64,000 bases of DNA from Octopus vulgaris. Lineage: Eukaryota. The position numbers and the translations under genes were made by a program. The notes under the pieces are model-generated. The model saw only the letters and a program-made list of their open reading frames with translations. It was not told where the DNA came from and made no database searches. The stretch covers positions 143,964,001 to 144,028,000 of the forward strand of contig OX597817.1 of assembly GCA_951406725.2 (NCBI GenBank). The letters run 5' to 3'. Positions 52,935 to 64,000 of the stretch are shown here, one piece after another (the first letter of the stretch is position 1; every line of letters begins with the position of its first letter).

Positions 52935-53575
52935 AGTGTTGGTGGTGGTGGTGCTCATGATGATGATTGTGGTGGTGGCAGCGGCAGTGGCGGTGGTGGC
53001 AGTGGTGGTGTTGGTGGTGGTGGTGATGATGATGATGATGATGCTGGTGGTGGTAGTGGTGGTGTTGTTGGTGGTGGTGGTGGCAGCGGCAGTGGTGATG
53101 ATGATGATGATGATGATGATGATGGTGGTGGTAGTGGTGGTCGTGGCGAGCTGGCAGAAACGTTAGCGCGCCGGGCGAAATGCTTTGTGGCATTTCGTCA
53201 GCCGTTACATTCTGAGTTCAAATTCCCCCGAGGTCGACATTGCCTTTCATCCTTTCGGGGTCGATTAAATAAGTACCAGTTACGCACTGGGGTCGATATA
53301 ATCGACTTAATCCGTTTGTCTTTCCTTGTTTGTCCTCTCTGTATTTAGCCCCTTGTGGGTAGTAAAGAAATAGGTGGTGGTGGTGTTGGTGGTGGTGATG
53401 ATGATGAGGATGATGATGATGATGATGATGATGATAATTGCGGTGGTGGCGGCAGCGGCAGTGGCAGTGGTGGTGGTGTTGTTGGTGGTGGTGTTGGTGG
53501 TGGTGGTGTTGGTGATGGTGGTGGTGGTGATGATGATGCTGTGGTGGTAGTGGTGGTGGTGGTGGTGATGATGAT
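52760..53575. repeat. GGT/GAT low-complexity arrays flanking a SINE B (same layout at 48680-49230)
   Basis: Direct reading. Confidence 0.9.
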
Positions 53576-54044
53576 ATTGATCCTAACACTTGACAGAGAA
53601 AGCAAACAACTGACTGATTGTTTAATCAACACACAAAACAAACTATTGGATTGTTAGTTGTTAAAATAAAGAAGTGGTTGTGTGTGAGTGTGTGTGAAGG
53701 CACATGGCCTAGAAGTTAGGATGTTGCACTCACAATTGCTAGATCACGTGTTCAATTCCTGGACTTAGTTGTACATTGTGTTTCTGAGCAAAACACTTTC
53801 TTTCACACTGTTCCAGTCTATCCAGCTATAAACAGGTAACCCTCTGACTGACTACCCTTCTGATCAGGGTGGGGAATGTTGACCTGCTTGCTTAGCCAAT
53901 GGGGAGACATCATTCAAAAGCTAAAATGATTACATTGATATATATATATATATACATGTATATATATAATATAAATAATATATATATAATATACATGTAA
54001 ATATATAATATAAATAATATATATATATATATATATGCATATAT

Positions 54045-54353
54045 ACATACCTCATCTACCTTATTCTCCTGACCTTGCTCCTTCAGACTACCATTTGTTT
54101 CGTAGTTTACAGAAACATTTGGAGGACATAACTTTCGCAAGCCAGGAGAAGGTTGAAACTACATTTCAGAGTTCTTCGCTTTGAAACCAAAAGAGTTTTA
54201 CATTGATGGGATTAAAAAGATTGTAATTAGATGGAAGGAAGTCATAGATAATCAGGGTAAGTACATTGATGATTAAATTTCAATTAAATATAACATTTGA
54301 TCACTTGTTTTCTTTATTTAAATTTCAGATAGAACTTATGGGATGACCTGATA
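54045..54353 (+). pseudogene. Mariner 3' fragment
   Basis: PHLPYSPDLAPSDYHLFRSLQ...RWKEVIDNQGKYIDD*; TIR-like aacttatgggatgacctga|TA. Confidence 0.85.
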
Positions 54354-54571
54354 TATATGCATGTGTGGGTACAGGACGTCATGAAACATGTACAACAAAA
54401 AAGTACGAAGCACGAGTGCATGGAACATGAATTGTTCTTTCGAACAATGAGAGACACAAATGGAAGAAAAAACCCAAACAACATAAAGAACAACCCTTCA
54501 TTAGTTGCTGGGTGTTTTTCTAGTCTTATATTTTGATCATTTAACAACAATATATGCTTATATATATATAT

Positions 54572-55005
54572 ATAACTTATAAAATAAGGGCAAAAGAAAA
54601 ATTCTAATGTCAAATATGCCGAAAAAAAAACAAAATTGTCAATAATCATTATAATTAATACGTCTCAAAACAAGCCGATAGAAATTTCTAAAAAATCCGT
54701 TATTACCATATTGGTCCCAATTTTAGAGTTAATTCATAAAAAATTTTCTCCTCATCAGCGATAAATACATAAGACATGGGTATGAGTAAGTATTTCATTT
54801 ATGTCTTATGTATTTATCGCTGATGAGGAGAAAATTCTTATGAATTAACTCTGAAATTGGGACCAATACGGTAATAACGGATTTTTTAGAAATTTCTATC
54901 GGCTTGTTTCGAGACGCATTAATTATAATGGTTATTGACAATTTTGTCTTTTTTTCGGCATATTTGGCATTAGAATTTTTCTTTTGTCCTTATTTTATAA
55001 GTTAT
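54572..55005. repeat. Fold-back element (~205-bp arms, 23-nt loop) with an HHR in each arm
   Basis: Arms 54572-54777 / 54801-55005; TA-flanked; non-inverted relative at ~57366-57735. Confidence 0.9.
54813..54876 (+). ncRNA. Type I hammerhead ribozyme, intact core
   Basis: ttatcg-CTGATGA-ggag(...)ctct-GAAA-ttgg(ga)ccaa-TA-cggtaa. Confidence 0.75.
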
Positions 55006-55109
55006 TTATAAATTTAACCTTTAAAGGTATTTTTTGATATGCTGGCCATTGATAAAATTTGTTTTAGAAAAAAAATTTTATCCTACATTAGTTGTATATA
55101 TATATATAT

Positions 55110-55203
<94 letters not shown>

Positions 55204-55305
55204 GGATAGATTGATAGATAGATAGATAGATATATAGATAGATAGATATGGTGATGCAAACAGGAAAAATAGAACTATTTTTATTAATCACTCTGTTACT
55301 TCTAC

Positions 55306-55372
<67 letters not shown>

Positions 55373-55578
55373 ATGTATATATGTATATATACATACATAC
55401 ATACATACATAATTAATAATATCAGGGTAATAAAGATTTTAGAAATTTTTACTACCAGTGGCCTATGACTACATTCATACATATATAGGGGGAGAATTCA
55501 CAAGAAAAACAAAAGACGAAGACAGGTGATGTAGAAAACAAACAGGTGTATTAGTATAATGCTCAGGAATTGAAAAGG

Positions 55579-55616
55579 TCTTTTATGTTTCGAGCCTACG
55601 CTCTTCCACAGAAAGG
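55579..55616 (-). ncRNA. Minimal hammerhead motif, same family as 18132
   Basis: cttt-CTGTGGA-a-gagc(gtag)gctc-GAAA-ca-TA-aaag. Confidence 0.45.
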
Positions 55617-55868
55617 AACACAGAAAGAAACAAGATATATACATATATATATATATATATAATTTCAGTAAAACAATTAAGATTCAAGTGAATTCCAATG
55701 AATGCGGTACTTAACTTAGATGCACCAGAAATTTTTATGGTATTAACCATAAAATAATGTGGGGTGATTATAAACAAGAAAAAAGCAACAAGAATGGATT
55801 TAAATAAATCTGTTCTTCGTATGAAACAATTGTACTGAACAACTAATCCATTCTTGTTGCTTTTTTCT

Positions 55869-55905
<37 letters not shown>

Positions 55906-56304
55906 TCTTTTACTTGTTTCAGTCATTTGACTGTGGCCATGCTGGAGCACCACCTTTTTAGTCAAGCAAATCGACCCCAGGACTTATTCTTTGTAAGCCT
56001 AGTACTTATCCTATCGGTCTCTTTTTGCCGAACCACTAGGTTACGGGGACGTAAACACACCAGCATCGGTTGTCAAGCGATGTTGGGGGAACAAACACAG
56101 ACACACAAACATATACACATACACATACATATATATATATATGTATATACGACGGGCTTCTTTCAGTTTCCGTCTACCAAATCCACTCACAAGGCTTTGG
56201 TCGGCCCAAGACTATAGTAGAAGACACTTGCCCCAGGTGCCACACAGTGGGACTGAACCCGGAACCATGTGGTTCATAAGCAAGCTACTTACCACACAGC
56301 CACT

Positions 56305-56354
<50 letters not shown>

Positions 56355-56382
56355 GATTGAATGCCACGCATCCATTCCCAAG

Positions 56383-56414
<32 letters not shown>

Positions 56415-56765
56415 TATAGATAAATGAAAGAATGGAGTCGAACGATGATTTAACAAAATTCCTTTATTCTCGACATATGTTTCGAAGACTGCATATTCTT
56501 AATTCCAAAGGAATAAAGGGTGCATTATGCCGCTTTCTCATCAGACTGCTCACACAGAGTCACTATGGACTCTGTGTGAGCAGTCATCTAAAAGTTTTTG
56601 TTCGTCATGATGCTGACATAAGTTCCTTGTCTTTCCTGATGAGAAGGCGGCATAATGCACCCTTTATTCCTTTGGAATTAAGAATATGCAGTCTTCGAAA
56701 CATATGTCAAGAATAAAGGAATTTTGTTAAATCGTCGTTTGACTCCATTCTTTCATTTATCTATA
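56415..56765. repeat. Fold-back element (~130-bp arms) with HHRs in both arms and a nested perfect 18-bp hairpin
   Basis: Arms 56415-56544 / 56636-56765; gactgctcacacagagtc-actatg-gactctgtgtgagcagtc at 56544-56585. Confidence 0.9.
56632..56712 (+). ncRNA. Type I hammerhead ribozyme, intact core
   Basis: tttc-CTGATGA-gaaggcggcata(...)tatgcagtcttc-GAAA-catatg-TC-aaga; the other arm has gaga, which pairs with tttc. Confidence 0.7.
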
Positions 56766-56901
56766 GTAAAAAAACACACAAATTTCCACATGAAAGCACG
56801 TGATTTCTGCCCTTGGCATGGAGCTTCAACCGTGCTTTCTGACGTAATTTTGCTACCGGGTATCGGTTAACCGAATTATCCATACTAGGATTATTCATTC
56901 A

Positions 56902-56971
<70 letters not shown>

Positions 56972-57513
56972 GCATGTATGGGTACAGGACGTTACCAACT
57001 GTGTTAACAATAGGAAATACGTAGACAAACAAGTTAAATACATAAACAACGAGAAAAAAAATGGAAGACAGGACAAGTAAACTCAGAGAAACGACCCTTC
57101 ATCAGTTGTCACCTGACTATCTACTTCGCATATAGAGCATTCAACGTACGTACATACAATAACACACGCGTTTATATCTGTGTGTGTGCGTGTGAGAAAG
57201 TGTCAGCTCATGCATGAATGCATCCCACTATTGACATTCACGAGCCTTGCTTATCCCTATTTCAGCCTGCAGCAGGGTGTGGATGTGGAGTTGCTAGCAA
57301 GCAAATATACATACATACATACATACATACATACATACACACATACATACATACATAAATACATAAACAATTCATAAATAAGGGCAAACGAAAAAATTTC
57401 TAATGCCAAATATGCCGAAAAATTGGACATATTGTCCATTAACCATATAATTTTTTCGCAATACGCATGCTACTCGGAAAAAGGGCGACAGAAATTTCTA
57501 AAAAATTGCATTA

Positions 57514-57573
57514 TTACCATATTGGACCGATTTCAGGGTTAGCTCATAACAGCCCTCCCTTCGTCAGTGATAC
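57514..57573 (-). ncRNA. Type I hammerhead ribozyme, relative of 54813
   Basis: tatca-CTGACGA-aggg(...)ccct-GAAA-tcgg(t)ccaa-TA-tggta. Confidence 0.7.
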
Positions 57574-58237
57574 ATGTGGCAAAAGAAATAAATGAGATAC
57601 TCATACCCACGGAAGAAGCAAACACTAAGTCATGAGCACAATTAAGTACCCCATAAATTTAACCTTTAAAGGTATTTTTTAATATGCTGGCCATTGATAA
57701 AATTTTTTTCGAAAAAAATTTTATCCTACATTTGATACGTAAATACATACATACATACATACGTGTACACATACATATACAAAACACACATATATATATG
57801 ACAGGCTTCCATACAGTTTCCGTCTACTGAACTGATAGGCTGGTAGGGCACCAATGGATCCAGTTAATTTGTTTAAGTTGGACGTAATTTTCGTTTAACG
57901 GTTTGGTTCATTGAAAGTGGCTCTGCCTGGGATCTCCACAGAATCTCTGAGACCGACATGCTTGATGTCGTTGTTGAACAACCATATGTTGATGACAGCC
58001 GGGAAGAAATGGACAAGGAGAGAGACTCCAGTGGGGTAAAGTTTTAGAGAATAAGGATTAGGCTATTGTGGATTAGTATGAAGCTGATGGGGCAGATACA
58101 GTATGGGTGGTGGGAGGAGAAATTTCTGAGTTAGGTGGGTTCGGATGGAGACGGGATGATACAAGCCAACATCAAGGAATAGAGGCCAACACAAGAGAAA
58201 GAAATGAAATAAAACAACGATTTTATCAATGGAAATG

Positions 58238-58649
58238 GGATATTTTCGGTTTGAATGGCAGTTTTTAACATAATTTCTAGGTAACTAAACACTTTTAAAC
58301 TTCGTATACTGGTAGAATGTGCTTATGAAACATCTTTTTCTCTTGGCTTTATTGAGAAAATTCTATAATTTGTAAGATATTTGTTGTTTTTGCCCTTCAA
58401 TTTCTGCAAATTCAACCAATCAATGACGTCTATTGAGGTGAAAACATTCTGTGCCGTGTGAATGTGTCCCTCGTTTAAGAAACAGATTGGGTTTATTTAC
58501 ATTTCTGAAGAAAAAAAGATACCCTTCCCCCCCCCCCCCCAACCCTAAAACAGATTGAAATGCAATAGATCGATACTAGGGTCATAATTATGGGTGACAA
58601 TTTCATATGATACCACTAGAAAAAACTGCCGTTCAAACCGAAAAGATCC
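58238..58649. mobile_element. MITE with GG-starting TIRs and 8-bp TSD (Merlin-like)
   Basis: ggatattttcggtttgaatggcagttttt / aaaaactgccgttcaaaccgaaaagatcc; TSD tggaaatg / tggaaacg. Confidence 0.8.
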
Positions 58650-60416
58650 TGGAAACGATCTTCGTTTTAATCTCGCTGCTTATTGATGTCGGGTAAAGGG
58701 GGATAACTCTGTATTTGAGCTATTTCTTTTTCGATTCAAAACGTTTTAACATTTCTGTTTGCCTGTCTGACTGTCTATTTGTGTGTGTGTGTGTGTGTGT
58801 GCGTGCGTGTGTCTCACACAGACACACTCTCCCTCACTGTATGCGTTTGCTTCTATGTGAGTGAGTGTCTGTGTGTGCATGAGCGTGCGTGTGTGTGAGT
58901 GTGTGCTGGCGTCACGTAAAGACTCCCGCCCGTCCCCCCTCAAAATTTGTTTATTTTTGTATTTTATTTGCCAAAAATTGGCATTGCAAAATTTCCCCCT
59001 CTTTCCCTCCAACTTCTTCAATTTTGACTTAACCGTAAATACAGAAATGTTTTGAAGTCCGTATTTTTCCGCATATTTAGAAGAAAAAAAAATTCTTAAA
59101 AAACAATTTTACAAAGATCTTTGGAAATCCCCGTATTTTTCCGCATATTTTGAAAAAGAAAATGTGTAAAATGTTTAAAATAATGGAAATCGGGGTGGGT
59201 GGTAATTTAGAAATGTCGATTTTTGCAAATTTTTTTGCAGAGTCGTATTCCCTGTAGCTGAAAAGCGGAGGGGTTGAAAAAAATTCTTTCAAAAAGGATG
59301 GTTTGGTTTGGTGGGGGGACATGCAGAAGTCTTGCCTATTCTGTAAAGTGGTTGTAATCAAGAAGGGTATGAAGTTGTAGAAATCCTGTCAAAACCGTCA
59401 ACTGGATTCTGGTGTTGTACTCCGGCTTGCCACCTCCTGTCAAAAGTCCAACCCATGCCAGCATGGAAAACGGAAGTTATGATGATGATGATGATGTCTG
59501 TGTGCATATGTGTGTATATGCATGTGCGTGCGTGTGTATGTGTGCATGCGCGTGCATTCTGTTGCGTACAGTCTCTGTGAACCAAACCCATTCTCAGAGC
59601 TTTGGATAGTCTGGGATTATAGCAGAAGACCCTTGTCCACAGTGCCACACAGTGGGACAGAACCCAAAACCACATGGAGGAAAACTTCTTAGTCTCACAG
59701 CTATACTAGTGGCGATAAAATTATTGTCATCATAATCATATCATTATCATCGTCATGACCATCATCATTTTTAATGTTAACTTTTCCTTCCCTGTATGGG
59801 TCATCAATGGTGCCATGTACATTGCAGCCCGGGAATTGCGATGCCATCTAAATGGCACCCGTGAGTCATAGTCATTGCCGGTGCCAAGCAAATGGCACTC
59901 ATGAATCATTGTGGTTGCTGCTGGTGCTATGTAAATGATACCCACCCATTGTAGTCATGGTGATTGCCAGTGCCATGCAAATGGCACATTAAAGCACCCA
60001 TTACACTTCTGGAGTGGTTGGCATTAGGAAGGGCATCCAGCTGTAGAAACCATGCCAAATCAGACTGGAACTGAGTGCAGCAGCTCCCCAGCTCCAGTCA
60101 AGCCATCTTACCCATGTCAGCATGGAGAGCAGACGTTAAATGATGATGATGATGATGGTGGTGGTGGTGATGATGATGGTGATGATGATGATGGTGGTGA
60201 TGGTTGCAGTGAGCTAGCAGAATCATTAGCACTCTGGGCAAAATGCTCAGTGGCGTTTTATTCGTATCAATGTTCTGAGTTCAAATTATGTTGAGGCCAA
60301 CTTTATCTTTCCTCCTTTCTGGGTCAATAAAATGAGTACCAGTTGAACACTGGGGTGAAGATAATCAACTTTCCTCTGCCCCGAAACTGCTGGCCTTGTG
60401 CCAAAATTTGAAACCA

Positions 60417-60990
60417 TTATTATTATTATTATCACTATGATATAACTGTTCAACATTTGGTTGTTTGAAGCAAATTTCTACTGCACCACCTGCTACACCT
60501 CCCTGTTGCTGGGGTGTGTGTGTGTGTGCAGCATTGTGTTCTTTAGTGCTGTTGGGAGTGCGCAAACTCTTCCCAGGATTGTATTGTATTAATTTTTTCT
60601 CTTGAGGTGTTGTGTAGTCTTTTGTGTTGTTACTGCTTGTATTTTATGTTGAGTGTGTAATGCATTGGTTATGGAGATTGCTGGTGGAAGTTTATTTCAT
60701 TGGATAACTGCTGTATAGTTTGTGTCTTGTGTTTGTAGGTTATTTTGTTTATGTTATATTATTGAACTGATAGTGTTTTACATAGGATGAGGGCTGTTCC
60801 TAGCAGGGCTATTTTTTGGATAATGTGTAGTGTGAGGATCCAGGTGTAGCCTCTACGTTTTTGCTCATGTTTTTCATCATACCCAATTCTTCAATTATTA
60901 TTGGTATTGTTTTTACCTTCATGCCCCACATCTTGAAAACTTCAATTTTGAGGTATTTGTATCCTTTGACAATTTATCCACTTCCTTTTG
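60417..60990 (-). mobile_element. R4/Dong-like LINE 3' end (restriction-like endonuclease remnant)
   Basis: YKYLKIEVFKMWGMKVKTIPIIIEELG...IQKIALLGTALILCKTL; (TAA)n tail. Confidence 0.7.
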
Positions 60991-61009
60991 GGCAATATTA
61001 ATAATAATA

Positions 61010-61450
61010 GGAAGCCAGACATAGTCTTAAGAGAAAAAAAACAAACTGTACTGGATCATAGATATAGCATGCCCAGCTGACAACAAGGTATGCGATAAAG
61101 AAGAAAGAAAAGTCGTGAGATACAACATGTTAGCTTGGGAAGTTAAGCAGTTGTGGTCGATGAAAAAGGTAGCAGTAGTACCAATAATTGTTAGAGCCCT
61201 GGGAACAGTGAGCAAAAATCTCGAGAAGTATGTGGAACAAATAGGGGTTGCAATAAGGGTGGTGCGCTTGCAGAAAACAGCATTGCTTGGAATCACTCGA
61301 ATACTCCAGAAGGTGCTTGAAAAATAAGAGGTGTTACCTTAGCTCACTGGTAGTGAACAGCTGACACTGTAGTACATCTCCAGCATTAGAAGCTGTGCAA
61401 AGGCAATAAAATAGTAATGATAATAATAATAATTATTATTATTATTATGG
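61010..61450 (+). mobile_element. Second R4/Dong-like LINE 3' end
   Basis: KPDIV...IACP.D....KE..K..RY..LA.E...LW......VPIIV.ALG....LQK.ALLG...IL.KVL; (TAA)n tail. Confidence 0.8.
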
Positions 61451-61823
61451 CAGTGAGCAAGCAAAATTGTTAGAACAGCTGACACTGTAGTACATCTCCA
61501 GCATTAGAAGCTGTGCAAAGGCAATAAAATAGTAATGATAATAATAATAATTATTATTATTATTATGGAGTGGCTGTGTGGTAAATAGCTTGCTTACCAA
61601 CCACATGGTCCCGAGTTCAGTCCCACTGCATGGCACCTTGGGTAAGTGTCTTCTATATCCTTGTGCTGACCAAAACCTTGTGAGTAGATTTGGTAAACAG
61701 AAACTGAAAGAAGTCCGTTGTCATCATCATCATCCGTTCTCCATGCTAGCATGGGTTGGACGGTTGCACCAGGCTCAGTCTTATCTGGCAATACCTGTGT
61801 AGCACGAAAACAGACGTTAAACA

Positions 61824-62340
<517 letters not shown>

Positions 62341-62589
62341 TCATCATCATCATCATTTAGCGTCTGCTTTCCATGCTAGCATGGGTTGGACGGTTCAACT
62401 GGGGTCTGTGAAGCCAGAAGGCTGCATCAGGCCCAGTCTGATCTGGCAGTGTTTCTACGGATGGTTCACTTACTTGTCACCGGCACTGGTATCACAGCTG
62501 CAATTTCCATTGATGTTGATTGACTTCGATTTTGGTTCTGCTTTCTGATATCTGATTTGATTTTGATCTTGATTATATATATAAATATA

Positions 62590-64000
62590 TATATAAATAG
62601 ATGAGTGTATTTTTACCTTGTTAACAATTAACACGGAAAAATAAATAAATAGTTACCAGGGCAGCAAAAATCTCACAAGTAAAGGTGTTTAACTCCTTGT
62701 CATAAAGGTTGAAACTTCGTGTTTACGTTGAATATTTTGAATAATATGAATAAAAAATGGAGTTAACGCAGGTGTAAACAAGTATTTTTACTTTCGACAC
62801 ATGTTTCGAAAATTCCACTGATACTATTCAAAAGAATATATGGTATAAACAATGCAATCTTCTCTTCGGGAAAGTGAAAAAAACGAAACTCGTCAATACG
62901 ACATTTTAGCAAAAAATGATGGATTTGTATAGCAATAGACAGAACGCTATTAATATTGTTTAAAAAAACGTTATATGATATAACGTCATAAGTAGCTAAC
63001 AGAAAGAGTAGGGATATTAATAGTGAATGTTAAATATAAAGGAAATTAAAGTTTAAATTATTTATAATGATAGAGACTACTTATATGCACTAAATGTATG
63101 TTTTTGCCAATGCTTACATCTGTATGCTCGCTCTATAACCGTGTTTACTAGAGTATTTTTAGAAAAAATAATGAAAAATAGCTCAGAATTGCAGAGAAGA
63201 CAGAATTTCTTGCCTTTGTCATATGGTATCGAAATTGAGAGGATCAACCATTCTAAATGAAATTGTTCATTGTCGTCTTTTAAATCCCAAATCAGTTAGC
63301 TGAGACCGGTACTATTCCGTTTATTTCTATTCCTAAATGTTGAGTAATGGATAGAAATTCTTTTAGATAACTCTAACGATGTGCTTCCAACGTAAAATCG
63401 TACTTTATTACGAGTACTGTTTATACACTGGTATATAGAATTTTTAATCTTAGAGTTACTTGACATAAATTTAATTCTATTGGAATTGACTTCAGATACA
63501 ATAACGTTGTTATTAATATTTCTAGAGGGTTGGATGGTATTAGCTAAATTAATGTTAGTATGTTAGTATTAGTAAATGTATTAATATTTAACAGTTTGTT
63601 ATTATGAGAAGATATAATTTGCAAGAGATTTTTTGTGTTTGAAAAACCTATCCTAACCTTATGTGAATTAATTATAGAATAATATCTAGAATTGTTTGGA
63701 AAATTCCTAGCAATAGCTTGACGAAACAGCAGTGGGAGATTAGATTTAATTTGTCTCCCGTAAGGAATTATTAACCAAATATTTTTACTAGTATTCATAG
63801 CATAATTACTTTTGAAGGTGTTATATTTACTTTTAGATCGATAATAGGGGATTAAATAAGGGTTATCTGCCTTCATTCGCTTTGTATCGGTGCGTAAGTT
63901 ATGTTTGTTATCAATAATTCTTTTACGACTAGAAATCTTATCTATATTATTGAATTTACAATTAGACTGAACAGAATCAATGTAGAAAATTTTTTCTGTA
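62590..64000 (-). mobile_element. Penelope-like retroelement 3' part (post-RT linker plus GIY-YIG endonuclease pseudogene plus 3' pseudo-LTR)
   Basis: 63544-63876 IWLIIPYGRQIKSNLPLLF...NFP...IINSHKVRIGFSNTKNLLQIISSHNNKLL. Then, after a stop and a frameshift, 63442-63077 reads SIYQC...FYVGST...KRISIH..TF...STGLS*LIWDLK...W.IL...PY....CLLC.SE...N...E...CKH. Confidence 0.85.
62790..62875 (-). ncRNA. Hammerhead ribozyme in the PLE 3' pseudo-LTR (U4>C variant)
   Basis: actttc-CCGAAGA-gaagatt(...)aattttc-GAAA-catgtg-TC-gaaagt; perfect 6-bp stem I, ~200 nt downstream of the GIY-YIG stop. Confidence 0.7.

Noticed and set aside
52648-53657. His-rich and Val/Met-rich ORFs
   Set aside because: Translations of GGT/GAT arrays and SINE B.
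63077-63546. Selenocysteine recoding of the PLE ORF (described for some Naiad PLEs)
   Set aside because: The interrupting stops are TAG (63544) and TAA (~63296), not TGA, and a frameshift is present.

Overview
This is AT-rich, repeat-saturated animal DNA. The SINE families and TA/GAT microsatellite load resemble a coleoid cephalopod such as Octopus (inference, not verified by search). No host protein-coding exon can be supported: the ORF track is almost all microsatellite or SINE read-through. The window holds many copies of at least four tRNA-derived or RTE-tailed SINE-like families. It also has decayed mariner/Tc1 transposons, hAT-, Merlin- and Helitron-like non-autonomous elements (several nested, with readable target-site duplications), and RTE, CR1 and R4/Dong-like LINE fragments. 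At the right end lies a Penelope-like element (PLE) with a GIY-YIG endonuclease remnant. The most notable signal is about a dozen minimal type I hammerhead-ribozyme (HHR) motifs read by eye, on both strands. One lies directly downstream of the PLE ORF. Others sit in short non-coding fold-back (long inverted-repeat) elements, mostly next to (TA)n arrays, and one such element is inserted with an 11-bp TSD into a Tc1 transposase gene. The motifs show compensatory stem changes and three states of the catalytic 3:8 pair (C3-G8, U3-A8, G3-C8). A compact E-box/CCAAT/heat-shock-element/TATA promoter cassette at ~17.0 kb has no identifiable gene. All coordinates were counted by hand, and repeat boundaries are approximate.
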